A DNA stretch of 64,000 nucleotides from assembly GCA_041652535.1 (NCBI GenBank), contig JBAZHB010000003.1, positions 573 to 64,572 of the forward strand, read 5' to 3'. The notes below the pieces were generated by a model, which had not been told where the DNA came from, did not search any database, and worked only from the letters and a program-made list of their open reading frames with translations. This document shows, piece by piece, positions 9,341 through 18,475 of the stretch; within the stretch, counting starts at the first letter, position 1, and each line of letters opens with the position of its first letter. The translations under genes and the position numbers were made by a program. Source of the DNA: Candidatus Babeliales bacterium. Lineage in GTDB: Bacteria > Babelota > Babeliae > Babelales > RVW-14.

Positions 9341-9709
9341 TTACTCTCCTTCATATGTAGATTTGAACTTTTCTGTAATCGATTTACAGTAGTCATAAAA
9401 TTCTTTCATCGTTCTATCAGATTTAGTTGAGTTACATTTACGACAGACAATCCAAATATTGTCATATCGTATTTCATCTTCGTTATCAATTCTATCCATC
9501 GATGGAGAATTGGAAGAATATCCAGTTCCCAATTCATGATTTAACTCGCAACCACATATAGAACAATGTGTCGATCCGACGAGTAAACCTTCTAAATAAG
9601 AAGTGGGAATTAAAGTTCTGATACCGCACGAAGCATGTTCTCTTAAGATAGCACCCGCCCTACATCTATCAGGGTTGTTTTTGCGCCAGGCTTTTATGTT
9701 ATCCTTCAT
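9341..9709 (-). CDS. HNH endonuclease (122 aa)
   Basis: CSICGC ... SMDRIDN ... NIWIVCRKCNSTK. Start moved to ATG 9709 (11-nt overlap with the ligase stop). Confidence 0.65.
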   Translation of the reverse strand: MKDNIKAWRKNNPDRCRAGAILREHASCGIRTLIPTSYLEGLLVGSTHCSICGCELNHELGTGYSSNSPSMDRIDNEDEIRYDNIWIVCRKCNSTKSDRTMKEFYDYCKSITEKFKSTYEGE

Positions 9710-10637
9710 CGTAAACACAATCTTTGGGTTGCTTATCTTCACGAATACGAATGAATCTAGGATGCCTAAACATTCCCGTTTCAAATCGTTCCATGTATTC
9801 AACTTCAATCACAATTTTAGGTGCGACTTTACGAAGGATGTGTCCAAGTTCTCCTTTGGTAGATGGATATGTTGAGAACTCTGGTTCTTTCATCACAGCA
9901 GCATGTAATAACGCTCTGGTAGCATCATCGAATCCACTTGTCGCACCAACAACTTTGACATTCCCTTTGGTGTCGTATTGACCCATAATAAGACTGCCAA
10001 ATAGATTCTCGAATTTACCCTCGCCTTTCATTAGACCTATCACAAAGCAGTCTGCGGTATCCTGCTTCTTAACCTTCAGCCAATCAGCACTCCGCTTACC
10101 ATCTTTGTAGATCGAGGACTTTTTCTTCAGGACAATGCCTTCACCACCAGCAGCGATAACAGTATCGAACAACTCATTGAATCGTTCTTTGTAGTTTTTC
10201 ACTTGCTGGATATTCTTGAATGAATTAACATCGAAGAATGTGTATAGCAATTCATCACGTTTGTAATGAGGATGACTTCGCATGTTCACATCATTGTATT
10301 CGAGGATGTCGAACACCATGAATTTAACATCGTAGTCCTTGCGCGTTTCCACGGCCAGGCCGGTGAGAAACTCCTCTTTACCATCTGACTTGCGGAAGAA
10401 TACTAACTCACCATCAAGGACAAACTTCCTGACATGAGTGAGTTTCAATTCATCAACGATGTCTGGATACTCCGAGGAGAGTTCATTCTTCCCACTTCGA
10501 GTCTGGAGTTCTACTCCATTCTCATCTCGCTTTGCGATGATACGAGTGCCGTCATGCTTGCGCTGTGCGATGAAACTGCCTTCATATTTTTTGAGATCAG
10601 TATCTTTGCACGACTTAAGCAGCATTGGCTCAATCAT
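9699..10637 (-). CDS. lig: ATP-dependent DNA ligase
   Basis: Motifs KHDGTR, FVLDGELV, VFDILEY, EGIVLKK, DWLKVKK. ATG 10637 follows GGAGAG. Confidence 0.85.
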   Translation of the reverse strand: MIEPMLLKSCKDTDLKKYEGSFIAQRKHDGTRIIAKRDENGVELQTRSGKNELSSEYPDIVDELKLTHVRKFVLDGELVFFRKSDGKEEFLTGLAVETRKDYDVKFMVFDILEYNDVNMRSHPHYKRDELLYTFFDVNSFKNIQQVKNYKERFNELFDTVIAAGGEGIVLKKKSSIYKDGKRSADWLKVKKQDTADCFVIGLMKGEGKFENLFGSLIMGQYDTKGNVKVVGATSGFDDATRALLHAAVMKEPEFSTYPSTKGELGHILRKVAPKIVIEVEYMERFETGMFRHPRFIRIREDKQPKDCVYDEG

Positions 10638-10881
10638 TCTTCTCTCCTGGCACAGTAATGTTACCAGTTTCACAAAACTCGACAAGCCAGTTTGTATAGA
10701 CTTGCGCTTTCTTAACATCTTCGATACCGTTCTTGAATCCCTCACGCATGACATACTTTACGATGTTGCCTTTGAGGAATCCCTTAAAGGCTTCAGGTGA
10801 AAGACTTGCTTGCATGAACCGAATTGGTTGTATCTTCTGAACCATATAATGATTCAGTTCTGCTACATTTTTCTCTACCAT
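10630..10881 (-). CDS. DUF3310-like phage protein
   Basis: GNIVKYVMREGFKNG..DVKKAQVY pattern, by recollection. Confidence 0.5.
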   Translation of the reverse strand: MVEKNVAELNHYMVQKIQPIRFMQASLSPEAFKGFLKGNIVKYVMREGFKNGIEDVKKAQVYTNWLVEFCETGNITVPGEKND

Positions 10882-11084
10882 GATGAACCTCTTGATTTCG
10901 GTTTCTGTTTGTATTTTGTTTCACCAGTTCTCTCGAAGTACGCTTTGTCCTCTGCCTTTTGGGATTGTCGCATACCTTTAAGAATTGGAGTGATGTCGTG
11001 ATGACAGAATTTACTGGCATCTTTATCCTGTATCTTCTGTCCTTTCACTCTTGTTCTACGGATTGTTCTGCTCATCTTCATCAT
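10875..11084 (-). CDS. Small basic protein (about 66-69 aa; start uncertain)
   Basis: In-frame ATGs at 11084, 11081 and 11075 overlap the polB stop. MSRTIRRTRVKGQK... Confidence 0.3.
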   Translation of the reverse strand: MMKMSRTIRRTRVKGQKIQDKDASKFCHHDITPILKGMRQSQKAEDKAYFERTGETKYKQKPKSRGSSW

Positions 11085-13323
11085 CTCTATCGTAAGTGTT
11101 GATGAACTGATCGAATGAAGTCTGACCAAGAATGACGCTGTTCCAATTAACACCGAGAGATTCAACCAGACTTCTCATCTTCTGCGTGACGGTTTTATCA
11201 CACATGATTGACCAGTCGATTGTGATGCGGTTGATAACATCCTCGTGCTTCGTATCATCCCTGAAACAAATCATCTTCACTGGTGCTTTACAGTAGAGCA
11301 GTTTAGGTTTATCACTCTGGTCGAAACGTATGCCGAGATATTGTTCACCAGCACGTCGCCCTTTTCCCCATGCAGTTTCTTTCTTGTCTGCCTTTACTGC
11401 TTTCGGGATTGCAACCTGATGAATGTCAATCTTTCCTGCCTGAACATCTTTAATTGCTTTGCTGACGAGAGCAACGGCTCCTTCAACATCGGCTCTGATG
11501 AGAACCATCTCAAAGAAATCTTCCATGAGTTTTTTAGTGAGAGGCGCAGTATCGGAACGATTGATTTCAATACCAGTGTAAGCGAGTTCGTCTTTGTCAT
11601 GTCCATCTTTCCATACGAGGTGACCAGCATACTTCTTCTTTGCTGCTTCTTCACTCCCGATTTTCTTTTTGAACATCACACGGTCATAGAGTTTCTCAAA
11701 CTTAATCGTCGGAGCAAACTCTGGTTTGACGTGATGCCGAACCGCCCACTGTTTCAGGTATTCATTGACGAGTCGTTGAATTTCAAGTCCTTCTGCCACC
11801 GTTTTAACTGTGCTAATGAAGGTTGAATCTGTGTCACCGTATTCGATGTGATACCCCAATCCGATAAGGTAGTTGCGTAACTCCTCGGCGATTTCTCGCC
11901 CAACTCTGGTAATTTGTTTAGCACCTTCAGGGTAATACAACCTGGCGTAGATACTTCCAAGATAACCATAAAAGGCGTTTGCCACGTATTTGAGTGACTG
12001 CTCACTAGTTTCAGTTGAATCATCTGCTTCTCCTGACATCCTCAATGCACGTAATTTCTCACGCTCGTTGAGGACGTATGTGATTGTCTTTGGAATCATC
12101 CCGTCAATGTCGGGTGAGATGTTGAACGCAAGAATGATTGAAGGATACAACGCTTTTAAGTCCAGACACGCCACCCATTGCTTCATGCCAGGCGTTGGCT
12201 GGTGAACGTATGCACCCTCGAATGTTTCGCGCTCTCTATCTTTCTTCACTGGTATGGGTTTGATTCCTTTGCGCATGAGTAGAGTTTCGACGAGGACAGT
12301 TCTCTTAATGATGTCGTCCATCTTTACGCCGATTAATTTACGGAGTGATTCGTGATACTTCCATAGTCCGAAGCGCGCATCGATTTTTTCCAGAGCGATA
12401 ATATCATTCTCTAGGTATTCGACGATGGCTTCCCATTTATCTGCGGCGATTAACTCACAGATATGCGCTCCTTGTTCTTCATACTTGAAGTCACAGAATG
12501 TCCTGGCGATATACTTCAAACCATACGACGGCTGCTGACCCATTGGCTTTGACCAATCTTTGAACAGCAGATACATATCAGCATGGCTTCGTCCAGGAAT
12601 CTCCCATTCATTTGGTGGCATCTTCCTCATACGAGAAATACCAGAGATGTCAGCGTGAACTAACTTCGCTCGGTTTCTTATATAGGGAAAATCAAAATCA
12701 TCGCTGCACCAACCAGTAACGATGTCTGGGTCAAGAGCGTGGATATATTCTGCAAAAGCCACCAATAACTCTCGCTCTGTTTTATAGTCTGTATGATGGT
12801 CATTGATTTTTCTCCCTGCTCCGAATGTGTATATGGTGCGTTCTTTAGTGAACGAATCACTCATGCCGATTGCGACGATAGGATACTCTTGATGTGCCTC
12901 GTCTATACCTTTCTCCGAAGGAATCGCAACTTCAATATCGAACATTACGATACGTGGCATTAAGAATGGAACCTCGATGGGTTTTAAGTTCTCATCGAAG
13001 CCATACGATATGCCTTTATCAATGACGAATTTGTAATCCAGCGATATATCGGACTCGAAAGTTTCAATCTTCTGACGCTTATACTGTGTGCGTTCAAGGC
13101 GTGATAACTTTACCGAGTCGAATGTAACCTTCGAGATAGGTTGTCCGTAGCAGTTCAAGAGGTCGCCTTGTGCGTCCTCAATGTAGTAATACGGCTTGTA
13201 AGTATTGACACCGAATCGTTTTACTTCTCCTGTGTCCACGTCGCGTCCAAAAATTAATACCATTGGAGGCTTGTTGGCTACCTCATGATAGGTGGAGGAT
13301 TCCCATACATAACGTGCCATCAT
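11056..13323 (-). CDS. polB: Family B DNA polymerase
   Basis: FDIEV, GWCSDDFDFPY, YLENDI, DLKALYPS, KYVANAFYGYLG, YGDTDS. Confidence 0.92.
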   Translation of the reverse strand: MMARYVWESSTYHEVANKPPMVLIFGRDVDTGEVKRFGVNTYKPYYYIEDAQGDLLNCYGQPISKVTFDSVKLSRLERTQYKRQKIETFESDISLDYKFVIDKGISYGFDENLKPIEVPFLMPRIVMFDIEVAIPSEKGIDEAHQEYPIVAIGMSDSFTKERTIYTFGAGRKINDHHTDYKTERELLVAFAEYIHALDPDIVTGWCSDDFDFPYIRNRAKLVHADISGISRMRKMPPNEWEIPGRSHADMYLLFKDWSKPMGQQPSYGLKYIARTFCDFKYEEQGAHICELIAADKWEAIVEYLENDIIALEKIDARFGLWKYHESLRKLIGVKMDDIIKRTVLVETLLMRKGIKPIPVKKDRERETFEGAYVHQPTPGMKQWVACLDLKALYPSIILAFNISPDIDGMIPKTITYVLNEREKLRALRMSGEADDSTETSEQSLKYVANAFYGYLGSIYARLYYPEGAKQITRVGREIAEELRNYLIGLGYHIEYGDTDSTFISTVKTVAEGLEIQRLVNEYLKQWAVRHHVKPEFAPTIKFEKLYDRVMFKKKIGSEEAAKKKYAGHLVWKDGHDKDELAYTGIEINRSDTAPLTKKLMEDFFEMVLIRADVEGAVALVSKAIKDVQAGKIDIHQVAIPKAVKADKKETAWGKGRRAGEQYLGIRFDQSDKPKLLYCKAPVKMICFRDDTKHEDVINRITIDWSIMCDKTVTQKMRSLVESLGVNWNSVILGQTSFDQFINTYDRDDEDEQNNP

Positions 13324-13721
13324 GTCCTCTTACAATAGAAGTCGAGAATGTGTTTAATCATCCTCGAACAATGTTTTTCAAGCATTTCATTTTGGACTTC
13401 GAGTTCGATGCTGTGTTTTATTGCTGCATCTCTATCTTCACGAAGTTCTTCCTTCTCTTTTATACACTTCTGAAGATCGGTAAGAACTTTGGTCATGTGG
13501 AATGATAGGTTATTATACTTCTCCTGAAGTGTGAGAACCTTACCAAGTATTTCACGACCAGAGATACGAACCAATGCTCCATTAAACTCCATGATGTAGT
13601 TTCCATCATCATCTTCAATAGAAGTGATACGACATGGGAACGAACAATCTAATCTCTGCCCAACCAGGACTAAATCGCCTATCCCATAATGATTCTGTTT
13701 CAGAATGTCGGTCGGAGCCAT
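13320..13721 (-). CDS. Hypothetical protein, N-terminal small beta-barrel-like plus coiled coil
   Basis: ORF track. 4-nt overlap with the polB start. Confidence 0.55.
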   Translation of the reverse strand: MAPTDILKQNHYGIGDLVLVGQRLDCSFPCRITSIEDDDGNYIMEFNGALVRISGREILGKVLTLQEKYNNLSFHMTKVLTDLQKCIKEKEELREDRDAAIKHSIELEVQNEMLEKHCSRMIKHILDFYCKRT

Positions 13722-14404
13722 AAAACTTTCACCATTTTCCTTTTTATCAGAGGGTATTCATTGAGTGCATCGAGAGTTTTACCAGTGTTATGCCTAAACA
13801 TTTTGGTAAATTCCTCTCTGATTCTCTCATCGCTCACAGTATTGAATAAATTCTCAACGTAAAGCGGATGATAGAGAATTGTTTCTGTGTCAGGTGCTAT
13901 TGTGAACCCAAGAGTGATGGAGAACCGAAGGATACGAAGCACCCTTAAGTAATCTTCAGCACAACGAGTTTCAACATCACCAACAGCACGAATAGTTCGA
14001 TTCTTTATGTCTGCCAGACCATTATAAGGGTCTACGAGCGACTGATCATAAGGATTCATGGCAATAGCATTGATTGTTAGATCACGCCTTGCCAAATCTT
14101 CCTCGATAGTGCCTACTTCAACGCTTTCAGGGTGTCGTCCATCTTTGTAGATGCCTTCTTTACGACAGAGAGTGTAGTCGATAGGAACTTTGTCAACGAT
14201 GGCTCTGATGGTAAAGAATTTAGGAGTTTCGACTTTGATGTCTGCTCCTTTTTCGAGGACAAAGGCTCGCATTTCCTCGTAAGAGGATGCTTCAACAGCA
14301 ATATCAACGTCACTGTGCTTTGAGATAGGTGTGCCGTGAACTCTGTTGATGAGCATATCTCGAACCATGCCACCGACGTAGTATTCGTTTACCATTTGAA
14401 CCAC
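13700..14404 (-). CDS. Truncated class II nucleotidyltransferase (CCA-adding/poly(A) polymerase family head-neck only)
   Basis: 234 aa. GGMVRDML, DVDIAV, RRDLTINA, EDYLRVLRILRF. Body and tail domains are absent. Confidence 0.75.
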   Translation of the reverse strand: MVQMVNEYYVGGMVRDMLINRVHGTPISKHSDVDIAVEASSYEEMRAFVLEKGADIKVETPKFFTIRAIVDKVPIDYTLCRKEGIYKDGRHPESVEVGTIEEDLARRDLTINAIAMNPYDQSLVDPYNGLADIKNRTIRAVGDVETRCAEDYLRVLRILRFSITLGFTIAPDTETILYHPLYVENLFNTVSDERIREEFTKMFRHNTGKTLDALNEYPLIKRKMVKVLWLRPTF

Positions 14405-15220
14405 CTAGATGTATTTCAGACCTGAACGCTTTTCAAGGAGATTGATAATGTCAACCCATGCTGGATTAACAACGACATCCTTCTCTGGATTGGGGAGTGG
14501 GCCGTCACGAGTCTTGATGAGAATGAAATTGTTTCCACCCTTACCATCCTTGCGGAGTTCTCCGACGTTATTCCACAGGAACTTGGTGTCCTTGTGCCAA
14601 ACGCCATCGCGCTCCTCGGTCTTTTCTCCTTTGTCGTTATAGATTGAAACGGTTTTGAATGTGAGGACAACGTGCCATGAACATGCTCGCAGCGTCGTAA
14701 GGAAATCTGCCCAACGTCTGTTACGCTTTGAGTATTCAGTCTGCATGAGGAAACCAGAGTTCGTGTATTTCAAGTCCTTCTGCTCATACAACCACTGTGT
14801 CAGCCATGTCCATACATCGGTAGCGCTGTCGATGACAATTGTTCCTTCCTCGCCTTCAGGAGTGTTGTGAATCTTCTCATCGAGGAGATTAATTGCACTC
14901 ATTACTGCTTCGAGGCTCTCACCGTAATCGATTTTCTCTTTGCTACCTTTGACCTTAATGAACTTAAGAACTTCGAGGATATGAATATCTTTCTGTTCAT
15001 CTTCGGGGAAGTTCTTTGCAATCATACGTGCGCTGTTCTCTGTGTCAATGAAGTAAATTGGTTTCTTGGCGGTACATGCGAGGTGAGTTTTACCCACACC
15101 AGCGTCAGCCATGACACCGAGTTTACATCCTGGCACACGAGATAATTCGTTGGAAGGAGTGAACAAATCTGCGAGAGATGTTCCCTTCTCAACTGCTTGT
15201 TTCTTTCCGAAAGCCGCCAT
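14405..15220 (-). CDS. RecA-superfamily P-loop ATPase (AAA_24/Sak4-like)
   Basis: GVMADAGVGKTHLA, FIDTE, IVIDSATD. Start set to ATG 15220 (TAATG coupling); track start 15235 is the alternative. Confidence 0.6.
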   Translation of the reverse strand: MAAFGKKQAVEKGTSLADLFTPSNELSRVPGCKLGVMADAGVGKTHLACTAKKPIYFIDTENSARMIAKNFPEDEQKDIHILEVLKFIKVKGSKEKIDYGESLEAVMSAINLLDEKIHNTPEGEEGTIVIDSATDVWTWLTQWLYEQKDLKYTNSGFLMQTEYSKRNRRWADFLTTLRACSWHVVLTFKTVSIYNDKGEKTEERDGVWHKDTKFLWNNVGELRKDGKGGNNFILIKTRDGPLPNPEKDVVVNPAWVDIINLLEKRSGLKYI

Positions 15221-15393
15221 TATAACACCATACATGCAAGGGCGATAGCGAGCATAATCAGGCCTGCAAATATCTCCGTTGCTTGTTTCTTTGTATCGTG
15301 TTCAAACGCGCCGACAATTACATTGGCGACACCGCTAAACACCCAGATGTAGAAGATTAACTGCAAAAATAAATTATAGTTTACAGTTATCAT
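15220..15393 (-). CDS. Small membrane protein (57 aa, 2 TM)
   Basis: Hand translation MITVNYNLFLQLIFYIWVFSGV...LIMLAIALACMVL. Confidence 0.4.
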   Translation of the reverse strand: MITVNYNLFLQLIFYIWVFSGVANVIVGAFEHDTKKQATEIFAGLIMLAIALACMVL

Positions 15394-15394
15394 T

Positions 15395-16396
15395 CTACGC
15401 CTCGACCATTTCTACATCATCGTCGAGGAAACTGTCTGATGTCGATTCAGGGTTGGTGAACATACCTACCCATGACGGGCTTGCATCCCACTCGCCCTTC
15501 GGCGTTCCCTGAACGAACAGGAGAATTGTTTCGGTTGTTGGTTCGGCGAGTTCTGTTGCTGCTGCAACGTCCTCGTTTCCTGCGAAACCAGTGACACCTT
15601 TCATATTGTCAGCGTCATATACTCCGAGTCTCCAGCCGCCGTTGGAACATTGCATCTTCGACTTAACGAAGGCGTTAGTGATACCAAACGTATAGGGCTT
15701 GAGTTCTCCCATCTCGTCGAGAGATACAGAGCGTGGATCTTCTGCTGCTACATCGTAGAGCATATCCCACATCTCGCCCTTTGCGAGTGTGCGGAGCGAT
15801 GAGATACCAGACTTGCCGACACGAATCATTCCGTTCGGTTTCTTCTTGCCGTATATCTGATACTCCCTGCCGAGTTGTGCGTCGTAGTCACCGACTACTT
15901 CGACAATCTCACTGTCAACGATGAAGTATCCCTGGCGTTCATTCGAGTGGCGCAGAGGTTTACCGAACCCGAAGTTGGTAATCTTTCCTGCCTTGTCGAT
16001 GAACTCACGGTTATCGATGATTGCGTAACCGATTGCACCAGTGTTGTCGTCAGTGACTTCCTTGATGTCGCCCTTCTCAATGAGTTTCTTAAGAAGTGCT
16101 TTGTTGGCTGGCAACTGTGCGTTCTCGGCGATGGGCTTGAACGTATCAAATATCCGTCCATTCCTGTCGCGCTTGCGTCCATATCCGACACATACACCAG
16201 TGAATTTCTCACCTGATGCTGCTGTCAGTTTCATCTTTACGAGGTGCTGTGTGATGACTGCGGTAATCTTATCGTCAGTGACATCTTCACCGTACTTCTC
16301 GCGTGTCTTTGCAACCCACTCTTTTACTTTTGCTTCGGCTGCTTTCTTCTCAACACCAGACCCAACGAGGTCTGCAACAAATTTCTTTATATCCAT
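15395..16396 (-). CDS. Putative ssDNA-binding protein (333 aa)
   Basis: Acidic C-terminal tail DSFLDDDVEMVEA. Position next to the recombinase-like ATPase. No motif recognised. Confidence 0.4.
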   Translation of the reverse strand: MDIKKFVADLVGSGVEKKAAEAKVKEWVAKTREKYGEDVTDDKITAVITQHLVKMKLTAASGEKFTGVCVGYGRKRDRNGRIFDTFKPIAENAQLPANKALLKKLIEKGDIKEVTDDNTGAIGYAIIDNREFIDKAGKITNFGFGKPLRHSNERQGYFIVDSEIVEVVGDYDAQLGREYQIYGKKKPNGMIRVGKSGISSLRTLAKGEMWDMLYDVAAEDPRSVSLDEMGELKPYTFGITNAFVKSKMQCSNGGWRLGVYDADNMKGVTGFAGNEDVAAATELAEPTTETILLFVQGTPKGEWDASPSWVGMFTNPESTSDSFLDDDVEMVEA

Positions 16397-16427
16397 AGTT
16401 AGTTCTCTCCTTAATCAATTGTTTTGT

Positions 16428-16682
16428 TCACGTTATCTTTACATCATCGAGTGCGTTATACTGTCGGAGTTGTGCATACCACTCCGCTTTTGCGTAATAG
16501 ATAGAATTTTCTATCTTGATTTTACACAACTTGCCTTTGTCTACGAACTTCTGGCAATAGTATCTTGCTTCTCGATTGGTCAAGACAAACTTCTTCGAGA
16601 TGAAGGCGGGATCGTATATGACGTGTAAATCCCATTCATTCTCTATCCAGTTTGCTATCATCCCCTCTCGCTCATTAATCAT
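16428..16682 (-). CDS. Hypothetical protein (84 aa)
   Basis: ORF track. Confidence 0.55.
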   Translation of the reverse strand: MINEREGMIANWIENEWDLHVIYDPAFISKKFVLTNREARYYCQKFVDKGKLCKIKIENSIYYAKAEWYAQLRQYNALDDVKIT

Positions 16683-16941
16683 AAATCCTCATATCCTCAT
16701 CGGAATGTCTTAACATTTTACCGTAGTTAAACAGAAATGCTTTAACATTATCAGGATTTTCTACGAGTGGTGTAAGGAATACAATGTGATAGGTTACAAA
16801 GTGTTCCCGACATGCAGCCTTGAAAGCCGCCCACTTGATCTCGAATGACTTCGGTGATATTACAAAGAAGTAAGCGTTTGTAACGTCAGTCAATACAATC
16901 TCACCATCGTAATTGTTCGATGTCAATACTACCAGCGACAT
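16675..16941 (-). CDS. Hypothetical protein (88 aa)
   Basis: ORF track. Confidence 0.55.
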   Translation of the reverse strand: MSLVVLTSNNYDGEIVLTDVTNAYFFVISPKSFEIKWAAFKAACREHFVTYHIVFLTPLVENPDNVKAFLFNYGKMLRHSDEDMRIYD

Positions 16942-17366
16942 AATTTATCACGCTCGCTACTGACTATCAAACAACACTTGCCATTTTCATCGACCAGTGT
17001 ATTCCAATTCGATTCAATGAGTTTCATGAAATACTGATACGAGAAAGCGCAACCCTTCTCTTTGGTTAACACGATATAGATAGGTCTTACTGGCGTATGT
17101 GGCTTGCGAGTAATGAGTATCTGTTCACGTATCAAATCCAAATAGTGTTCTGTCTTGGCGCGCCTAGCATTTCGCTTTTCGAGTTTGTCCTCGAAGAATT
17201 TGATTAAATCCAAGATGTTCAAAACACACTTCCTATATAAGATTGTTTTAAAAGTATTTAAATGCTCGTTTTCAGGCGTTATTTTGAACGCCATCACCAT
17301 ACATTTCTTCACAGTCACAGCAGTCTGCCATATCGAGTGGCCAAGGGCATGGTTCACCACGCTCAC
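16929..17366 (-). CDS. Hypothetical protein (start uncertain: GTG 17366 or ATG 17300)
   Basis: ORF track. Contains an internal TTTAAATA box at 17255-17262. Confidence 0.45.
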   Translation of the reverse strand: MSVVNHALGHSIWQTAVTVKKCMVMAFKITPENEHLNTFKTILYRKCVLNILDLIKFFEDKLEKRNARRAKTEHYLDLIREQILITRKPHTPVRPIYIVLTKEKGCAFSYQYFMKLIESNWNTLVDENGKCCLIVSSERDKLCRW

Positions 17367-17372
17367 ATGGGG

Positions 17373-17822
17373 TCATTCATTCACTACCATTGTGAAAGTT
17401 CCGATGAGAAGTTTCTTCACTTCATCATAGATACCAGGCGACGTAGACTCTCTGTTGCCAGCGATATTTACAATCTTGTAACTACCGATAGCGCATCGAA
17501 TCTGATACGCTGTACTTCCCGTCATATCCATGAGAGGTTTGTGATACTGCGCGCACTTACGCTTTGTCGCTATGAATCCTGGCGTATCACCCTTACCAAA
17601 CCAGAGAGTGATGTCAGAATTATAGACGTTAAGTGCTGTTCTCACTGGATACCCTGAACCTGAATCAATCAGTCCAAACTCACGGAGTGAACGGTCACGT
17701 CCATTCTCTGTGAGGTAGCCGCATGGTGCATACCCACCAGTTTCAAGACCACACTCCTTTGCAGCCTCTAGTCCAGCGCGGTCAACACCAGTTTGCCCAC
17801 CTGAAATAATTTTAATCATCAT
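17373..17822 (-). CDS. SLOG-fold YpsA / Mo-cofactor-carrier-like protein
   Basis: IISGGQTGVDRAGLEAAKECGL..GGYAPCG. ATGA overlap with the kinase stop. Confidence 0.6.
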   Translation of the reverse strand: MMIKIISGGQTGVDRAGLEAAKECGLETGGYAPCGYLTENGRDRSLREFGLIDSGSGYPVRTALNVYNSDITLWFGKGDTPGFIATKRKCAQYHKPLMDMTGSTAYQIRCAIGSYKIVNIAGNRESTSPGIYDEVKKLLIGTFTMVVNE

Positions 17823-18367
17823 GGTATCATCCCTGGAAGCATATAAGCATGGTTCCATTGAGGCGACACATAATAATAAATCTCATCGACAGAAGTATCA
17901 GAATGTATCGTCTTAAATTTAATACGATTTTCTTGAAGAACTTTGATGAGTGCCTCACCAATTTTATCCGATTCCGATTCAGTCTGGTTACGTCCAGCAG
18001 GATTATACTCCTTCGTCCTCGTGATATAGAGATTGATGTTGTCGAACTCATCCCACTTTTCTCTGACGAGATACTTGAAATTACGACTCTGCTTCTCCCC
18101 ATAATAGAGTGAGAGAATGAGAGGCGAGTCGGTAATGATATACTCGACTTTATCTTTCAGACGGAACTGTGCGTTGTATTGCTTTGCAAACACATACAGT
18201 TGGTCTGTCAGAATGTTCTGCGCTCCACGCCAAGTTACTCCTTTAGCATACTCGGCAACCAGTTCACAGTTAACGCCTTTGCGTTTGAGATATGTGAACA
18301 TCGCTGCTGCATGAGTGGACTTACCAGCACCAGGCGCTCCAACAAAGTTGATTACTTTCTGTTTCAT
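17819..18367 (-). CDS. P-loop nucleotide/polynucleotide kinase-like protein
   Basis: Walker A GAPGAGKST, EYAK, ITDSP. 182 aa. Confidence 0.6.
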   Translation of the reverse strand: MKQKVINFVGAPGAGKSTHAAAMFTYLKRKGVNCELVAEYAKGVTWRGAQNILTDQLYVFAKQYNAQFRLKDKVEYIITDSPLILSLYYGEKQSRNFKYLVREKWDEFDNINLYITRTKEYNPAGRNQTESESDKIGEALIKVLQENRIKFKTIHSDTSVDEIYYYVSPQWNHAYMLPGMIP

Positions 18368-18390
18368 TGCATCACCAAAATCAAAACTAC

Positions 18391-18411
18391 TGTTCCAGCA
18401 GCATGTTATTA
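18391..18411 (-). promoter_or_regulatory. TAATAA-N4-CTGCTGGAACA promoter/leader element
   Basis: On the minus strand reads TAATAACATGCTGCTGGAACA, 38 nt before the kinase ATG. Near-identical copy at 54227-54247. Confidence 0.4.
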
Positions 18412-18420
18412 GACCCTACC

Positions 18421-18433
18421 AGAAAAAATAATT
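18421..18433 (-). terminator. Oligo-T tract after the rtcB operon
   Basis: Minus strand reads ATTATTTTTTCT between the rtcB stop and the next promoter. Confidence 0.3.
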
Positions 18434-18475
18434 ATCGTTCTGCATAATTGTGCATGGCATATTGCCAATGCCTTA

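Noticed and set aside
11245-11826. 193-aa antisense ORF inside polB, plus similar antisense ORFs in nrdJ, rtcB, terL and the portal gene
   Set aside because: They lie opposite genes with unambiguous motifs and have no start context.
4241-13323. Inteins or introns in nrdJ or polB
   Set aside because: Both proteins are of ordinary length, with contiguous motif order and no Cys/Ser...HN insertion blocks.
17255-17262. TTTAAATA box inside ORF 16929-17366
   Set aside because: It is intragenic and no in-frame ATG follows at promoter distance. It may be a coincidence or an internal promoter, so it is not called.
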